DNA of 64,000 bases from Tyzzerella sp. Lineage in GTDB: Bacteria; Bacillota; Clostridia; Lachnospirales; Lachnospiraceae. The stretch covers positions 1,897 to 65,896 of the forward strand of contig JAFTWA010000046.1 in assembly GCA_017465565.1 (NCBI GenBank). Direction: 5' to 3'. Positions 19,401-28,948 of this stretch are shown in pieces; the stretch's first letter is position 1; each line of letters starts with the position of its first letter. The notes below the pieces were generated by a model. That model worked only from the letters and a program-made list of their open reading frames with translations, did no database searches and was not told the DNA's origin. A program made the position numbers and the translations under genes.

Positions 19401-22400
19401 CATTTAAGGTGACTGATCAGGTAACAAAACCAGAAGTGGCAAAACCAGCAGAGAAAATCTTTAAAGATAATTTCAAATGGGATTTGTCTAAACAGTTAGA
19501 AGGAGTCGTTTCATTACCAGATGGTGGAACCCAGGCGGTAGAGTTCTGCGATAAATACAGCGATATTGACTTGACGCTCAAAAATGTGAAAGAGCATGAC
19601 ACTACTGGTAAGAAGCCAGGCAGAACCGATGTCCTGTTTGAATTTGATACCAATGGTGACAACAAGATAGACAAGAGTGTTTCATTTGGTATCGTGTGTT
19701 CAGAGCCAGAAACAGACACATGTTGGGTTCAGACATTAGGAAATGCGGACAATTTCCTTCCAGCTACAAGAATCAAGGGCCTGTATAAATTAAATGCGCA
19801 AGAAGCAGAAAAATACTTAAATGGTGATGGCGTGGAATTCCGTGTTGTACGAAAAGGCACAGAAGTTTACCTTTTTGTAGAAGGTGATGAAGTAGCTATT
19901 TTTGATTTGACACAGAATAACAGTGGTGTGAAAGCAGATACCAAAGCAGAAGTGTCACTGAGACATTACGACGCTGAGGGCAATGTGGTATTACCATTTA
20001 CAGTAACAGATAAAGTCGACAAGGTCGAAATTGATAAAGTTTTCAAAGATAACGAAAAATGGGATTTGACAAAACAGTATGAAGGTGTTGCTTCATTGCC
20101 AGGCGGCGGAACAGATACATCCCTTCAGCTCTTTAAGAAGTACCAGAATATCGATTTAACTATAACTGCAAAAGAAAATGACACAACAGGTAAAAAACCA
20201 GGCAGAACAGATGTCCTGTTTGAATTTGACCTTGATAACGATGGAACAATGGATAAAAATGTTTCGTTCGGTGTTGTGCAGTTAGGCGATGGAAGCTGTG
20301 AGATTCAGACATTGGGATGGGATAAAAAATTCATACCAGAAAAGAGAATCAATGCCCTTTATCAATTAGATTATGGCGAGACATTGAAATACAAAAATGA
20401 AGGAATCCAGCTGCGGGTAGTTCGTTATGGAGCAGACGTGTTCCTTCACGTGGATGGAAAACAGGTTGCTGTATTCGATTTGACACAAAATAATAGTGGT
20501 GTAAAAGCAGATAGTAAGGCGACTGTAATATTAAGACATTACGATGCAGTAGCTGACAAAGTGGATATTCCATTTACGGTAACAAATGAAATTTCTAAAG
20601 TGACTATTACAGATAATAGCCCAGTAGGAAAGGTTGTCGCAAAAAGTGCATGTTATTTTGTTGGAACAGAGATCGTACTTTCTGGAGAGTTAGATGGTTA
20701 CTACTTAACAGATATGAAGGTAGATGGCGAGCTGGTTGCTTTGAATGCTGATGGCACATGTAAATTCAAAGCCACAAAAGATAACTACACAGTGGAAGGT
20801 ATCTTTACAGAAGAAGTATTTGTTAATAATACAAATTGGAATCTGTTGCAGCAGAATCAGGGAACTGTAGAAGTAAACTTCGTAGAAGCGACAAAAGGTG
20901 TTGTTACACTTCCAAATGGAGGAAATGCATATAATTCCAATAACTTAGGCGGATTGAAATTGAAGGACAAGTACACGAATATTGATTTGAATTTGGTTGT
21001 AAGAGATTACGATGACAGTAAAAAATCATATGCGAGAACCGATGTCTTATTTGAATTTGATGGTGGTGAAACAGTTTCCTTTGGTGTAACAAAGACTGGT
21101 AATGCTGGAGATGAGGCAAACTGGACTTACAGAGTGCAAAGTACAGGATGTACATTAAACAACTGGAAAACACTCAGAAATATGACAGAGGATGAAATTG
21201 CATTGTATACAGGAGAAGGTGGTATCGATTTCCGCATTCTTCGTAATGGAACATCATTCTATGTATATCTTGGTGGCAAATTAGCAAAGAGCTACGATTT
21301 TAAAAATAAGATTTCAGCGGATACGAAGGCAACAGTAACGTTAAGACATTACGATGATGCAGGTGTTCAGGTTGACATTCCATTTACGGTAGCTGATGAA
21401 GTAAAGAGCATTTTTACAACAAAGGGTGCATGGGGTGGCACATGGAATATTGCAAATCAATTTGGTGGCAGTGTATCTGTAAATGCAACGGGAAATACAG
21501 CAATTCCTTTTGCTGAAAAATATACAGATGTGGATTTGACGTTAAAAGTGAAAGAAAACGGAACAACTGCAAAACCAGGAAGAACGGATGTGCTGTTCGA
21601 GTTTGAAAATGGTAAGAATATTTCTTTTGGTGTCTTATGTACCGATAAGAGCAATGGAAAGTATTATATCCAAGCCCTAAACAGTGCTAATAATATCGCA
21701 AATGCTGGAAAGATAATATTTGACAGAGGAGTAGGATTCTATCAGTTAAGTGCCGAGGAAGGTGCAAAGTACGAAAAGGAAGGAATTGAATTCCGAATTG
21801 TTCGTTCCGGCACAGTTGTATATCTTTTCATTGAGGGAAGACAAGTAGCAGTATGCAACCTTAATTATAATAATAGTGGCGTTACTGCAAGTACAAAAGC
21901 GACTTTGCAATTGAGACACTATGATGTAACAGGTGCGTTAGAATTTCCATTTTCAATAAGTAATAGTGTGAAAGAAGCAGACGTAAATATTACTTCTAGT
22001 GGAATGGGAACACTTACTAAGAATAAAGTCTGCTCAAATGGTAATAAAACGAATCCTATAGATATTACAAAACATTTTGTGGGTGAAACAATCATCCTTA
22101 CAGCTACACCTGAAAGTGAAGAATATGGTTGTACCCAGCTTCTTGTGAACGGCAAAGATGTCACAGCAGACATGGTTGTAAATATAGATGGAACAGCGAC
22201 ATACGCTTTGAAAGTACTCGAAAAGAATTATGACGTTGAAGCAACATTTGCCAAACTAATCTTTGCTGATAATTACAATAAGTCAATTTGGGATGCATCA
22301 ACACAACTTGAAGGAGTTGTATCACTTCCAAATGGTGGAGGTGGAACACCAAATCCTCTTCGATTTTATAAGCCATTTGTAAATGTGGCCTTGTCTTTGA

Positions 22401-25048
22401 CAGTAAGAGATTATCCGTATGCAGGCAATGCAAAAGAGGATGCTAGAACGGATGTTGAATTTGTTTTTAGAAATGGTGAGACAATCACATTTGGTGTTGT
22501 TCTGACAGGTGGTTCGTATAGAATTCAAACTAGAGGTGGAACACTACTCTCTTGGAAGACTCCATATTATATTACTGATGAAAACTTGATTAATTCTTAT
22601 GTGATTACTCAAGGGGAATTAAGTCAGGAAAATCCAGGAGGACTTGATTTCCGTATTGTACGTAGTGGAACAGAGTTCTATCTCTATATTGAGGATGTTA
22701 TGGTAAAAGGCTATGATTTCTCTCAAAAAATTGCATCAGATACACAGGTGGACATATATTTGAGACACTATGATGATGTAGGAGGCAACGTAGAAATTCC
22801 ATTTACTATAACCGATGAGGTTGATATTGAGGATCCTAGACTCTTTACTGAAAAATCAGCTGTGACAGATTATGCTTATTCATTTGCAGTACTTCCGGAT
22901 ATCCAGATTGTTACTGAAAATGATGCAGTAAATGGGGAAAATAATTTAGCAAAATTATTCGATTGGATCGTTGCAAACGAAGAGAGCAAGAGGATTCAAT
23001 ACGTATTCGGTTTGGGTGATATTACAGATAACAATAATGAGGCAGAATGGACATTGGCTCAAACACAACATGCGAAGTTGACGACTGCAGGAATTCCTTA
23101 TTCCGCGATTCGTGGAAATCATGATTTACCTTGGTATCGTAAGGATAAAGGCGCAGCGAATTATAATACCGATGATTATACAGCATACATGGGTACCACT
23201 GATTACAGAGCTCAATTTGAAGGCTTCTATAAGGAAGATAATATTGCTAACTCATGGAGAACATTGACAGTAGGAAGTGTGAAATATCTTCTGATTACAC
23301 TTGATTATGGTGCATCAGATGAAGTGCTTAATTGGGCAAGCGATATTATTTATCAACATCCAGACCATAACGTAATTATTACGACACATGCATATCTTTA
23401 CCGGGATGGAACAACATTGGATGACGGTGACCTTGTTCCACCATCAAAATCAGGTGGTGTAAACGACGGCGATGACGTGTGGGAAAAACTGGTTTCAAAA
23501 CATGAGAATATTGTCTTAGTAATGTCAGGACATGACCCAAGTGAAAATATCGTTGTGAACAACTCAGAAGGCGATAACGGAAATAATGTTGTATCTATGC
23601 TGATTGATGCACAGGATGTTGAAGCCGACGAGGGCTCAATGGGTATGGTAGCAATGTTATACTTCTCAGAAGATGGTAAGAATGTTACAGTCGAATATTA
23701 CTCTACAGCAAAAGAAAAATACTTCAAGAGTGTGAACCAGTTCGAAATAGAACTGGATGTTGTGGAAAAAGATGATGTGGTGTATGGACAGGGCTATGTG
23801 CCAGTGCAAGGACAGCAGGTGAAGACACAGAGCGCATTCGCTTCGTTCCCGCGCACGATAGAAGTTACTTTCAACAGAAACAGTGACACAACCAGACAAG
23901 TTCTGTTCGGCAATTGTGGTGGATCATCGAATGACTATTTCAATCTGGAGGCACCAGAAAATGAGAATATAATATACTTGAATTTATGCCTTGGAGGGAC
24001 AACATTCCAGCATAGTTTTAATGAGGTTTCGGTTCCAACGAACGAAATATCTCGTGTAACAGTTGTTATCGAGGATGTCGCTGTAAAATGCTATGTCAAC
24101 GGTGTGTTAGCACAAACTCGTACAACAACCAATGGTAGCAATGGTAGTAAACAAATGAGTAAATTGTGGGAGAAGGTGCCATATGCGAATCTGTCGAATA
24201 TCTATGCAGTAGGTTCAGACTTACGTGACGGCTTTTATTTCAATGGCACTATCTATGATATCGCATTATGGTCAGATGCTCGTACTGCAGATGAAGTTGC
24301 AGCTAGTACAATTTTAGATGTTAGTACAGATAGTTATCAGGATAATCTACTTGCAGCATATAACTTTAGAGCTGGTTATAGTTCAAGTGCGACAGATCCA
24401 TTTAAGACAGATTTGTCTGACAATGGTAACAAGTTAACTGGAACTCTCAATGTTGCAACAAACGCCACACCAGTACTTGGTGCATATTCAAAGATTTCGA
24501 CAGGCAAGGGAAGTAGTTATCCAGCAATTGTAAGTGATGCACAGAAGAAAACACTTTCACAAAATCCATATACTGTTTCTACTTGGATCCATTTGCAGAC
24601 AAATGTTTCTGAAGCAGCAGGAGTTATTTTAGGTAATTATAGTGGAAGTGTTGCAAATTTAATGAATTTCGAGATTAGTACAAATGGAAATCCGAGATTC
24701 TATCATCGAAATTCTAGTAACAAATACGACAGTTTAGTATTTGAAAATGTAGATATACGTTCTAATACATCATGGACTCATCTGGCATATACAGTCAGCG
24801 GAAATAAGGTCTCTTGTTATGTAAATGGTGTATTGAGAGAAACTCTTGAGGCAAGTAATACGATTCAATTGGAGTCTATTAAAAAAGACTATGTGATAGG
24901 TGGAGATTTCCGTTCTGGAAACAGTAGAGCATTTAAAGGACGAATTTTAGAACTCGACCTCTATGAGGGCGTTTTATCCGCAGATAAAATTATGAAACTT
25001 TACAGTGAGGGTAAAGATGCAGTAAGTACAGGTAAAATTTCTTATTAG
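16403..25048 (+). CDS. Giant (~2880 aa) N-terminally anchored multidomain protein: CBM9/DOMON-like domain, Ig-like linkers, seven ~190-aa repeats, calcineurin-like metallophosphoesterase, two LamG-like domains
   Basis: N-terminal basic+hydrophobic helix; IDGVLDE; repeated RTDV..LRHYD modules; LPDIQ/GLGDITD/RGNHD/THAY/SGHD phosphoesterase motifs (~22870-23760); WTHLAYT..YVNG..IGGD..FKGRI LamG. Confidence 0.85.
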   Translation: MEKTKKMTTKKVIAILAAIFLLCGGALALLVIARNYTKTVASEEKYEYFNPDETKAEPDDGFVIDGVLDEEQYKKCNWLKLKNDQGGAGVDLAMTSFYGKKGMYIVYDISESSPIYVNLERESYMNSGVEMYLALSDVTSMASNKIFEIDLLPTGDMNFRQRTGKENWVNVASSDDIMAYLGATTKGGAVNTEECNGYNLELFIPWDYMDKLGMNASEMQESFVYINPVHITSYSLTGTNAGTDRYWYAFATQLGSDGWNDVAQYFRFGERGVLGTVPVKLVEGENYTITGNDSVIPGMMTTVTITPEDGYALNSILVNGEEYIKKVAYNEDGSVTLKLRGVKEGLVISASAEAVTDGNKTLSGTVQVHKLGGDTLEGVSLSYKGPGGEKPITFDSNGKFELKDLKQGYYIITAEKKGYAPINRGICLNRNIETELVLEYQMFEAETGYNWILDDQNDGVLNRFGGSGKILSVDSYKKFAVEANFKYDTELAAMSDGDTFLQQRSGIQIKFSNGKFWRVDLMKEKDVFKVQYAKHNTATVFDWKTVHELTEKEIAQYQSEEGIKLSILRDGNYAWVCLNDKPVAVEVLDDEYKNCTAQIGFEGWVANQEIEEMNYSISTSFKQNLKNFYFTTSGKWDISRQLEGVVSLPGGGTHVLPFYKEYTDIDLTLKNVKEHDATGKKPGRTDVLFEFDTNGDGKVDKSVSFGIVCTEPETKTCWVQTLGNADNYLPATRIKGLYKLSAQEAEKYLNGDGVEFRVVRKGTEVYLFVEGEEVAIFDLTQNKSGVKADTKAKVSLRHYDAEGDVVLPFTVSDKVEKVEIDKIFKDNEKWDLTKQYEGVVSLPGGGTDTSLQFFKKYQNIDLTITAKENDKTGKKPGRTDVLFEFDLNNDGTMDKNVSFGVVQLSNGSCEIQTLGWNEKFIPEKRINALYQLDYGETLKYKNEGIGLRVVRYGADVFLYVDGKQVAVFDLTQNNSGVKADSKATVILRHYDAVAENVVIPFKVTDQVTKPEVAKPAEKIFKDNFKWDLSKQLEGVVSLPDGGTQAVEFCDKYSDIDLTLKNVKEHDTTGKKPGRTDVLFEFDTNGDNKIDKSVSFGIVCSEPETDTCWVQTLGNADNFLPATRIKGLYKLNAQEAEKYLNGDGVEFRVVRKGTEVYLFVEGDEVAIFDLTQNNSGVKADTKAEVSLRHYDAEGNVVLPFTVTDKVDKVEIDKVFKDNEKWDLTKQYEGVASLPGGGTDTSLQLFKKYQNIDLTITAKENDTTGKKPGRTDVLFEFDLDNDGTMDKNVSFGVVQLGDGSCEIQTLGWDKKFIPEKRINALYQLDYGETLKYKNEGIQLRVVRYGADVFLHVDGKQVAVFDLTQNNSGVKADSKATVILRHYDAVADKVDIPFTVTNEISKVTITDNSPVGKVVAKSACYFVGTEIVLSGELDGYYLTDMKVDGELVALNADGTCKFKATKDNYTVEGIFTEEVFVNNTNWNLLQQNQGTVEVNFVEATKGVVTLPNGGNAYNSNNLGGLKLKDKYTNIDLNLVVRDYDDSKKSYARTDVLFEFDGGETVSFGVTKTGNAGDEANWTYRVQSTGCTLNNWKTLRNMTEDEIALYTGEGGIDFRILRNGTSFYVYLGGKLAKSYDFKNKISADTKATVTLRHYDDAGVQVDIPFTVADEVKSIFTTKGAWGGTWNIANQFGGSVSVNATGNTAIPFAEKYTDVDLTLKVKENGTTAKPGRTDVLFEFENGKNISFGVLCTDKSNGKYYIQALNSANNIANAGKIIFDRGVGFYQLSAEEGAKYEKEGIEFRIVRSGTVVYLFIEGRQVAVCNLNYNNSGVTASTKATLQLRHYDVTGALEFPFSISNSVKEADVNITSSGMGTLTKNKVCSNGNKTNPIDITKHFVGETIILTATPESEEYGCTQLLVNGKDVTADMVVNIDGTATYALKVLEKNYDVEATFAKLIFADNYNKSIWDASTQLEGVVSLPNGGGGTPNPLRFYKPFVNVALSLTVRDYPYAGNAKEDARTDVEFVFRNGETITFGVVLTGGSYRIQTRGGTLLSWKTPYYITDENLINSYVITQGELSQENPGGLDFRIVRSGTEFYLYIEDVMVKGYDFSQKIASDTQVDIYLRHYDDVGGNVEIPFTITDEVDIEDPRLFTEKSAVTDYAYSFAVLPDIQIVTENDAVNGENNLAKLFDWIVANEESKRIQYVFGLGDITDNNNEAEWTLAQTQHAKLTTAGIPYSAIRGNHDLPWYRKDKGAANYNTDDYTAYMGTTDYRAQFEGFYKEDNIANSWRTLTVGSVKYLLITLDYGASDEVLNWASDIIYQHPDHNVIITTHAYLYRDGTTLDDGDLVPPSKSGGVNDGDDVWEKLVSKHENIVLVMSGHDPSENIVVNNSEGDNGNNVVSMLIDAQDVEADEGSMGMVAMLYFSEDGKNVTVEYYSTAKEKYFKSVNQFEIELDVVEKDDVVYGQGYVPVQGQQVKTQSAFASFPRTIEVTFNRNSDTTRQVLFGNCGGSSNDYFNLEAPENENIIYLNLCLGGTTFQHSFNEVSVPTNEISRVTVVIEDVAVKCYVNGVLAQTRTTTNGSNGSKQMSKLWEKVPYANLSNIYAVGSDLRDGFYFNGTIYDIALWSDARTADEVAASTILDVSTDSYQDNLLAAYNFRAGYSSSATDPFKTDLSDNGNKLTGTLNVATNATPVLGAYSKISTGKGSSYPAIVSDAQKKTLSQNPYTVSTWIHLQTNVSEAAGVILGNYSGSVANLMNFEISTNGNPRFYHRNSSNKYDSLVFENVDIRSNTSWTHLAYTVSGNKVSCYVNGVLRETLEASNTIQLESIKKDYVIGGDFRSGNSRAFKGRILELDLYEGVLSADKIMKLYSEGKDAVSTGKISY
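18305..20580 (+). repeat. Intragenic 1170-bp tandem duplication (two repeat modules, 390 aa)
   Basis: Constant 1170-bp offset (18421/19591, 18661/19831, 18901/20071, 19321/20491) with scattered, often third-position differences. Confidence 0.9.
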
Positions 25049-25088
25049 TAGGGTTCTTTCTGGAAAGCATTGTTAATGGAGTAAGGAT

Positions 25089-25117
25089 AAGCCCACCATA
25101 ATGGTGGGCTTGCTTTT
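25089..25117 (+). terminator. Terminator/stabiliser hairpin
   Basis: aagcccacca-taa-tggtgggctt-gctttt. Confidence 0.7.
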
Positions 25118-25161
25118 AGTTTGTGCAGCATTAAGGAAAGGAATACAAGGAGTTAATGTAG

Positions 25162-26901
25162 ATGAGTTTTGAGATAAAGAATAATCAGTTTATAAAAGAG
25201 GGTAAGCCGATAAAAATCATTTCAGGCGCAGTCCATTATTTTCGTAATTTTCCAGATACATGGGTTGATATTTTTCGAAAAATGAAAGCCTGTGGTTGCA
25301 ACTGTGTAGAAACTTATTGTGCTTGGAACATGCATGAAAAGAAAAAAGGTGTTTTTGATTTTGATGGCATACTTGATATTGCAAAATTTATAAGGCTGGC
25401 GCAAGAAGAAGGTCTAATGGTTATTGTAAGACCAGGTCCGTATATTTGCGCAGAGTGGGAGTTTGGTGGACTGCCATGGTGGATTCAGGTTGAAGAAGAT
25501 ATGGAGATTCGATGTTCCAATCCTACGTACATAAAGTATTTTGACCGATATCTTGACCGTCTGTTTGAAGAAATTAGACCGCTTTTATGTACAAATGGTG
25601 GTCCGATTATCATGGTACAATGTGAAAATGAATATGGATATTATGGAGATGACAAAGAATATTTGAGTTATTTACGTGACGGATATGTGAAAAGAGGTAT
25701 TGATGTGCTGTTATTTACATCTGATGGCACATCAAAAAATGACCTTTTGGATGGCTCTATACCAGGATGTTTGTCGACGCTTAATTTCGGCAGCAGAGTG
25801 GAAGAAAATTTCAAAGCTCATGATGAGATTTATCCTGATTCTCCTAAAATGTGCATGGAAATGTGGAACGGTTGGTTCGATGCATGGGGAGATAAGGAAC
25901 ATCATGTAACTTCTGCCGAAGACTATGCAAAGGTTGTGGACGATATGCTAAATCGAGGAAGTCTCAATATGTATATGTTTATCGGTGGTACAAATTTTGG
26001 ATTTATGAGTGGTGCAAATCACTACGAAACATTCACTCCTGATGTGACTAGTTACGATTATGACGCATTACTTTCGGAAGCAGGGGACATTACACCGAAG
26101 TACCTTGCAGTCAGGGATGTGATTCAAAAATATGTGGAAGAGCCGTTGCCAGAAATTCCTGTAGATAGAGAGAAAAAAGCGTATGGGGAAATAAGCCTTA
26201 CGGAGCAGGTTGGAATATTTGATATGTTAGATGTTTTATCATCTCCAATTCATTCGGATGTTCCAAAATGCATGGAAGAGTATGGAATCGGCTATGGTTA
26301 TATCGCTTATCAGACAGTATTAAACCGTGATTATGAGGATGCAGTTTTATCTTTTGCAAGTTTGGGAGACCGTGCACAAATCTATATAAATAGAACTTTT
26401 GTTGGAACTGTTTATATTAATGAGAACTTGGAGATTAAGATTTCGGCCAAAGCAGGAGACGTGTTGACTGTTCTTTGCGAAAATATGGGAAGAGCAAACT
26501 TTGGACCAAAGATGATGCGGAAGAAAGGTATTGCAGGAAGGTGCTTGATAGATAACAGAATTCATTTTAACTGGAATGTTTACCCACTTTGGATGGACAA
26601 TCTGGAACAGTTGACTTTTTCAGAAGAGCAGCCAGCTGAAAACTCTATTTTTTACAGAGGTGTTCTGAAAGTTACAGATGTGAAAGACACCTTTTTAAAG
26701 TTAGACAATTTTAGAAAAGGTTTCGTCATTATCAACGGATTTAATATTGGAAGATATTGGGAAGTTGGTCCACAGAGAACATTATATGTTCCTGCTTCGG
26801 TTTTGAAAAATGGAGAAAATGAAATTATTGTATTTGAATCTGACGGTATTAAGGGAGTTCCGGTAGTGGAATTCTGTGATAAACCAATTCTACAGAAGTA
26901 G
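25162..26901 (+). CDS. Glycoside hydrolase family 35 beta-galactosidase
   Basis: SGAVHYFR, RPGPYICAEWEFGGLP, QCENEYG, MEMWNGWFDAWG, YMFIGGTNFG, TSYDYDA, GRYWEVGPQRTLYVP. Confidence 0.96.
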   Translation: MSFEIKNNQFIKEGKPIKIISGAVHYFRNFPDTWVDIFRKMKACGCNCVETYCAWNMHEKKKGVFDFDGILDIAKFIRLAQEEGLMVIVRPGPYICAEWEFGGLPWWIQVEEDMEIRCSNPTYIKYFDRYLDRLFEEIRPLLCTNGGPIIMVQCENEYGYYGDDKEYLSYLRDGYVKRGIDVLLFTSDGTSKNDLLDGSIPGCLSTLNFGSRVEENFKAHDEIYPDSPKMCMEMWNGWFDAWGDKEHHVTSAEDYAKVVDDMLNRGSLNMYMFIGGTNFGFMSGANHYETFTPDVTSYDYDALLSEAGDITPKYLAVRDVIQKYVEEPLPEIPVDREKKAYGEISLTEQVGIFDMLDVLSSPIHSDVPKCMEEYGIGYGYIAYQTVLNRDYEDAVLSFASLGDRAQIYINRTFVGTVYINENLEIKISAKAGDVLTVLCENMGRANFGPKMMRKKGIAGRCLIDNRIHFNWNVYPLWMDNLEQLTFSEEQPAENSIFYRGVLKVTDVKDTFLKLDNFRKGFVIINGFNIGRYWEVGPQRTLYVPASVLKNGENEIIVFESDGIKGVPVVEFCDKPILQK

Positions 26902-26934
26902 ACAGTATTATAAACAGAAAGGAAACCAAACGTT

Positions 26935-28896
26935 ATGAGAATAAAAAGAGCAGCGAGTGTTCCATTGGTGCTGCATGATCCATTCTTTTCAATCTGGTCT
27001 TCTGCAGACCATTTATATGACCACGATACAGTACATTGGAGTGGCGCAAAACAGCAAATCCGCGCTTATTTAACGGTAGACGGAAAGCGATATTGTTTTA
27101 TGGGGTACATGGATGTGAATGAAGTACTTCCACAAACATCTATTGATGTGACAGCAACAGCCACTGAGTATGTGTTTGAAAATGATGAAGTGAAATTGAA
27201 ATGTCGATTCACTTCGCCACTTTTGTTAGATGACATGGTTTTAGTGTCTCGTCCATGTACATATATCGATTTTGAAGTAGAGAAAAAGGCAGCATCCGAT
27301 GTGGTGCTTGATTTTGAAGTTTCACCTGATTTGATAAGAAACAACAGAGATCAGGTAATACAGTTTGAAGGTAAGAAGGATGATTTCTCCTATGCGTATA
27401 TGGGACGTGCCGTGCAGTTGCCACTGGGCGGAAGCGACGATTTGGTTACACCAAACTGGGGATATGTTTATGTGGCCACACAGGAGAAAAACAGTGAATT
27501 TCATTTGGATAGGCAATGGGAAAAACTTTGCTTGAAAATGAAGCTGGAGGATAAAAAGGAAACAGGCTTGATTTTGGCCTATGATGATTTGCTTTCTATC
27601 AATTATTTTGGACAGTGGCGAAAAGCGTACTGGACTACAAAGTATCACACAATACTTGATGCAATTGCAGCGGCATTTGCAGATAAGACAGAAACATTGA
27701 AGCGTGCTGCAGAGTTAGATTCTGATATTGAAGCGAAGGCTAATGAAATCGGCGGGGAAGCCTATGCTTATCTTTGCAATATGAGCTATCGTCAAGCAAT
27801 TGCTGCGCATAAACTGATTACAGATGAGGAAGGAAACATCTTATTCTTGTCAAAGGAAAATGCATCTAATGGTTGTATTGGAACAGTAGACGTTAGTTAT
27901 CCGTCTATTCCGTTATTTATGTTATATAACACAGAGTATGTGAAAGGAATGCTTCGTCCTATTTTTAAATTTGCCGGATATGATGTCTGGGAATATGATT
28001 TTGCACCGCATGATGTTGGAAGATATCCATATGCATGGGGACAAGTATATGCATATAAGAAAAATTTTGGTGCAGATGCAGAGGAAAAGACAATCTGGGC
28101 AGGAGGAAGAAATGGTGTATTTCCACCATTCTATACTTATCCAACAGGATGTGATGTCTATAATATAGATTTCCAAATGCCAGTAGAAGAATGTGGTAAT
28201 ATGCTTATTATGATGGCTGTAGTTTGCAAGGCTGATGGTAATGCAAATTTTGCTGCGCCACACTGGGATGTGTTAAAACAGTGGAAGAATTATCTGGTGA
28301 AGTATGGAGCAGACCCAGGTGATCAACTTTGCACAGATGACTTCGCTGGTCATTTGGAGCATAACGTAAACTTATCTGTAAAAGCAATTATGGGTATTGA
28401 GGCTTATGCAATTCTTGCAGAAATGCTCGGAGAAGAGGAAGAAGCGAAAAAGCACCATGCACTTGCGAAAGAGATGGCGGTAGACTGGGAAGTGAGAGCA
28501 GATGCTGGCGATCATTATGCATTGGCGTTTGGAAGTCCTGACACATGGAGCCTCAAATACAATTTGGTATGGGATAAGCTCTGGGGCAGTAAGTTATTCT
28601 CAGAAGAAGTTTACCAAAAAGAATTGGATTACTATATAAAACAAGCGCGAAAATATGGAACACCATTAGATAGCAGAAGGGCGTATACGAAGAGCGATTG
28701 GCTTCTTTGGTGTGCAGCTATGGCAGAAGATAAAGAACAGGCAGAGAAGTTGATTGAGCCGATTGCCCGTTACCTAGAAGAGGTGAAAGAGTATAGGGTT
28801 CCGTTTGCTGATTGGTATGAAACGGGAACTGGAGAATATCATCATTTCGTAGGAAGAAGTGTACAGGGCGGCATTTTCATGCCGATGATGTTTTAA
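26935..28896 (+). CDS. GtaA ('glutaminase A')/DUF4965-DUF5127-like (alpha/alpha)6 protein, copy 1
   Basis: PLVLHDPFFSIW, SKENASNGCIGTVDV, APHDVGRYP, MPVEECGNM, QLCTDDFAG, KYNLVWD, TKSDW, GRSVQGG. Confidence 0.85.
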   Translation: MRIKRAASVPLVLHDPFFSIWSSADHLYDHDTVHWSGAKQQIRAYLTVDGKRYCFMGYMDVNEVLPQTSIDVTATATEYVFENDEVKLKCRFTSPLLLDDMVLVSRPCTYIDFEVEKKAASDVVLDFEVSPDLIRNNRDQVIQFEGKKDDFSYAYMGRAVQLPLGGSDDLVTPNWGYVYVATQEKNSEFHLDRQWEKLCLKMKLEDKKETGLILAYDDLLSINYFGQWRKAYWTTKYHTILDAIAAAFADKTETLKRAAELDSDIEAKANEIGGEAYAYLCNMSYRQAIAAHKLITDEEGNILFLSKENASNGCIGTVDVSYPSIPLFMLYNTEYVKGMLRPIFKFAGYDVWEYDFAPHDVGRYPYAWGQVYAYKKNFGADAEEKTIWAGGRNGVFPPFYTYPTGCDVYNIDFQMPVEECGNMLIMMAVVCKADGNANFAAPHWDVLKQWKNYLVKYGADPGDQLCTDDFAGHLEHNVNLSVKAIMGIEAYAILAEMLGEEEEAKKHHALAKEMAVDWEVRADAGDHYALAFGSPDTWSLKYNLVWDKLWGSKLFSEEVYQKELDYYIKQARKYGTPLDSRRAYTKSDWLLWCAAMAEDKEQAEKLIEPIARYLEEVKEYRVPFADWYETGTGEYHHFVGRSVQGGIFMPMMF

Positions 28897-28948
28897 AATA
28901 TTCAAACAGAAAGGAAAAGCCGCCCGTTAAGGGCGGCGGGTCAATGAT

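Noticed and set aside
18305-20580. Diversity-generating retroelement TR/VR pair or assembly artefact
   Set aside because: Differences are not adenine-specific, both copies are in-frame domains, and no reverse transcriptase is present; scattered substitutions argue against an artefactual duplicate.
24990-25075. Possible truncation of the giant protein's last LamG domain (ends ...GKISY)
   Set aside because: No convincing continuation after the double stop and a hairpin follows soon; cannot be supported without homologs.
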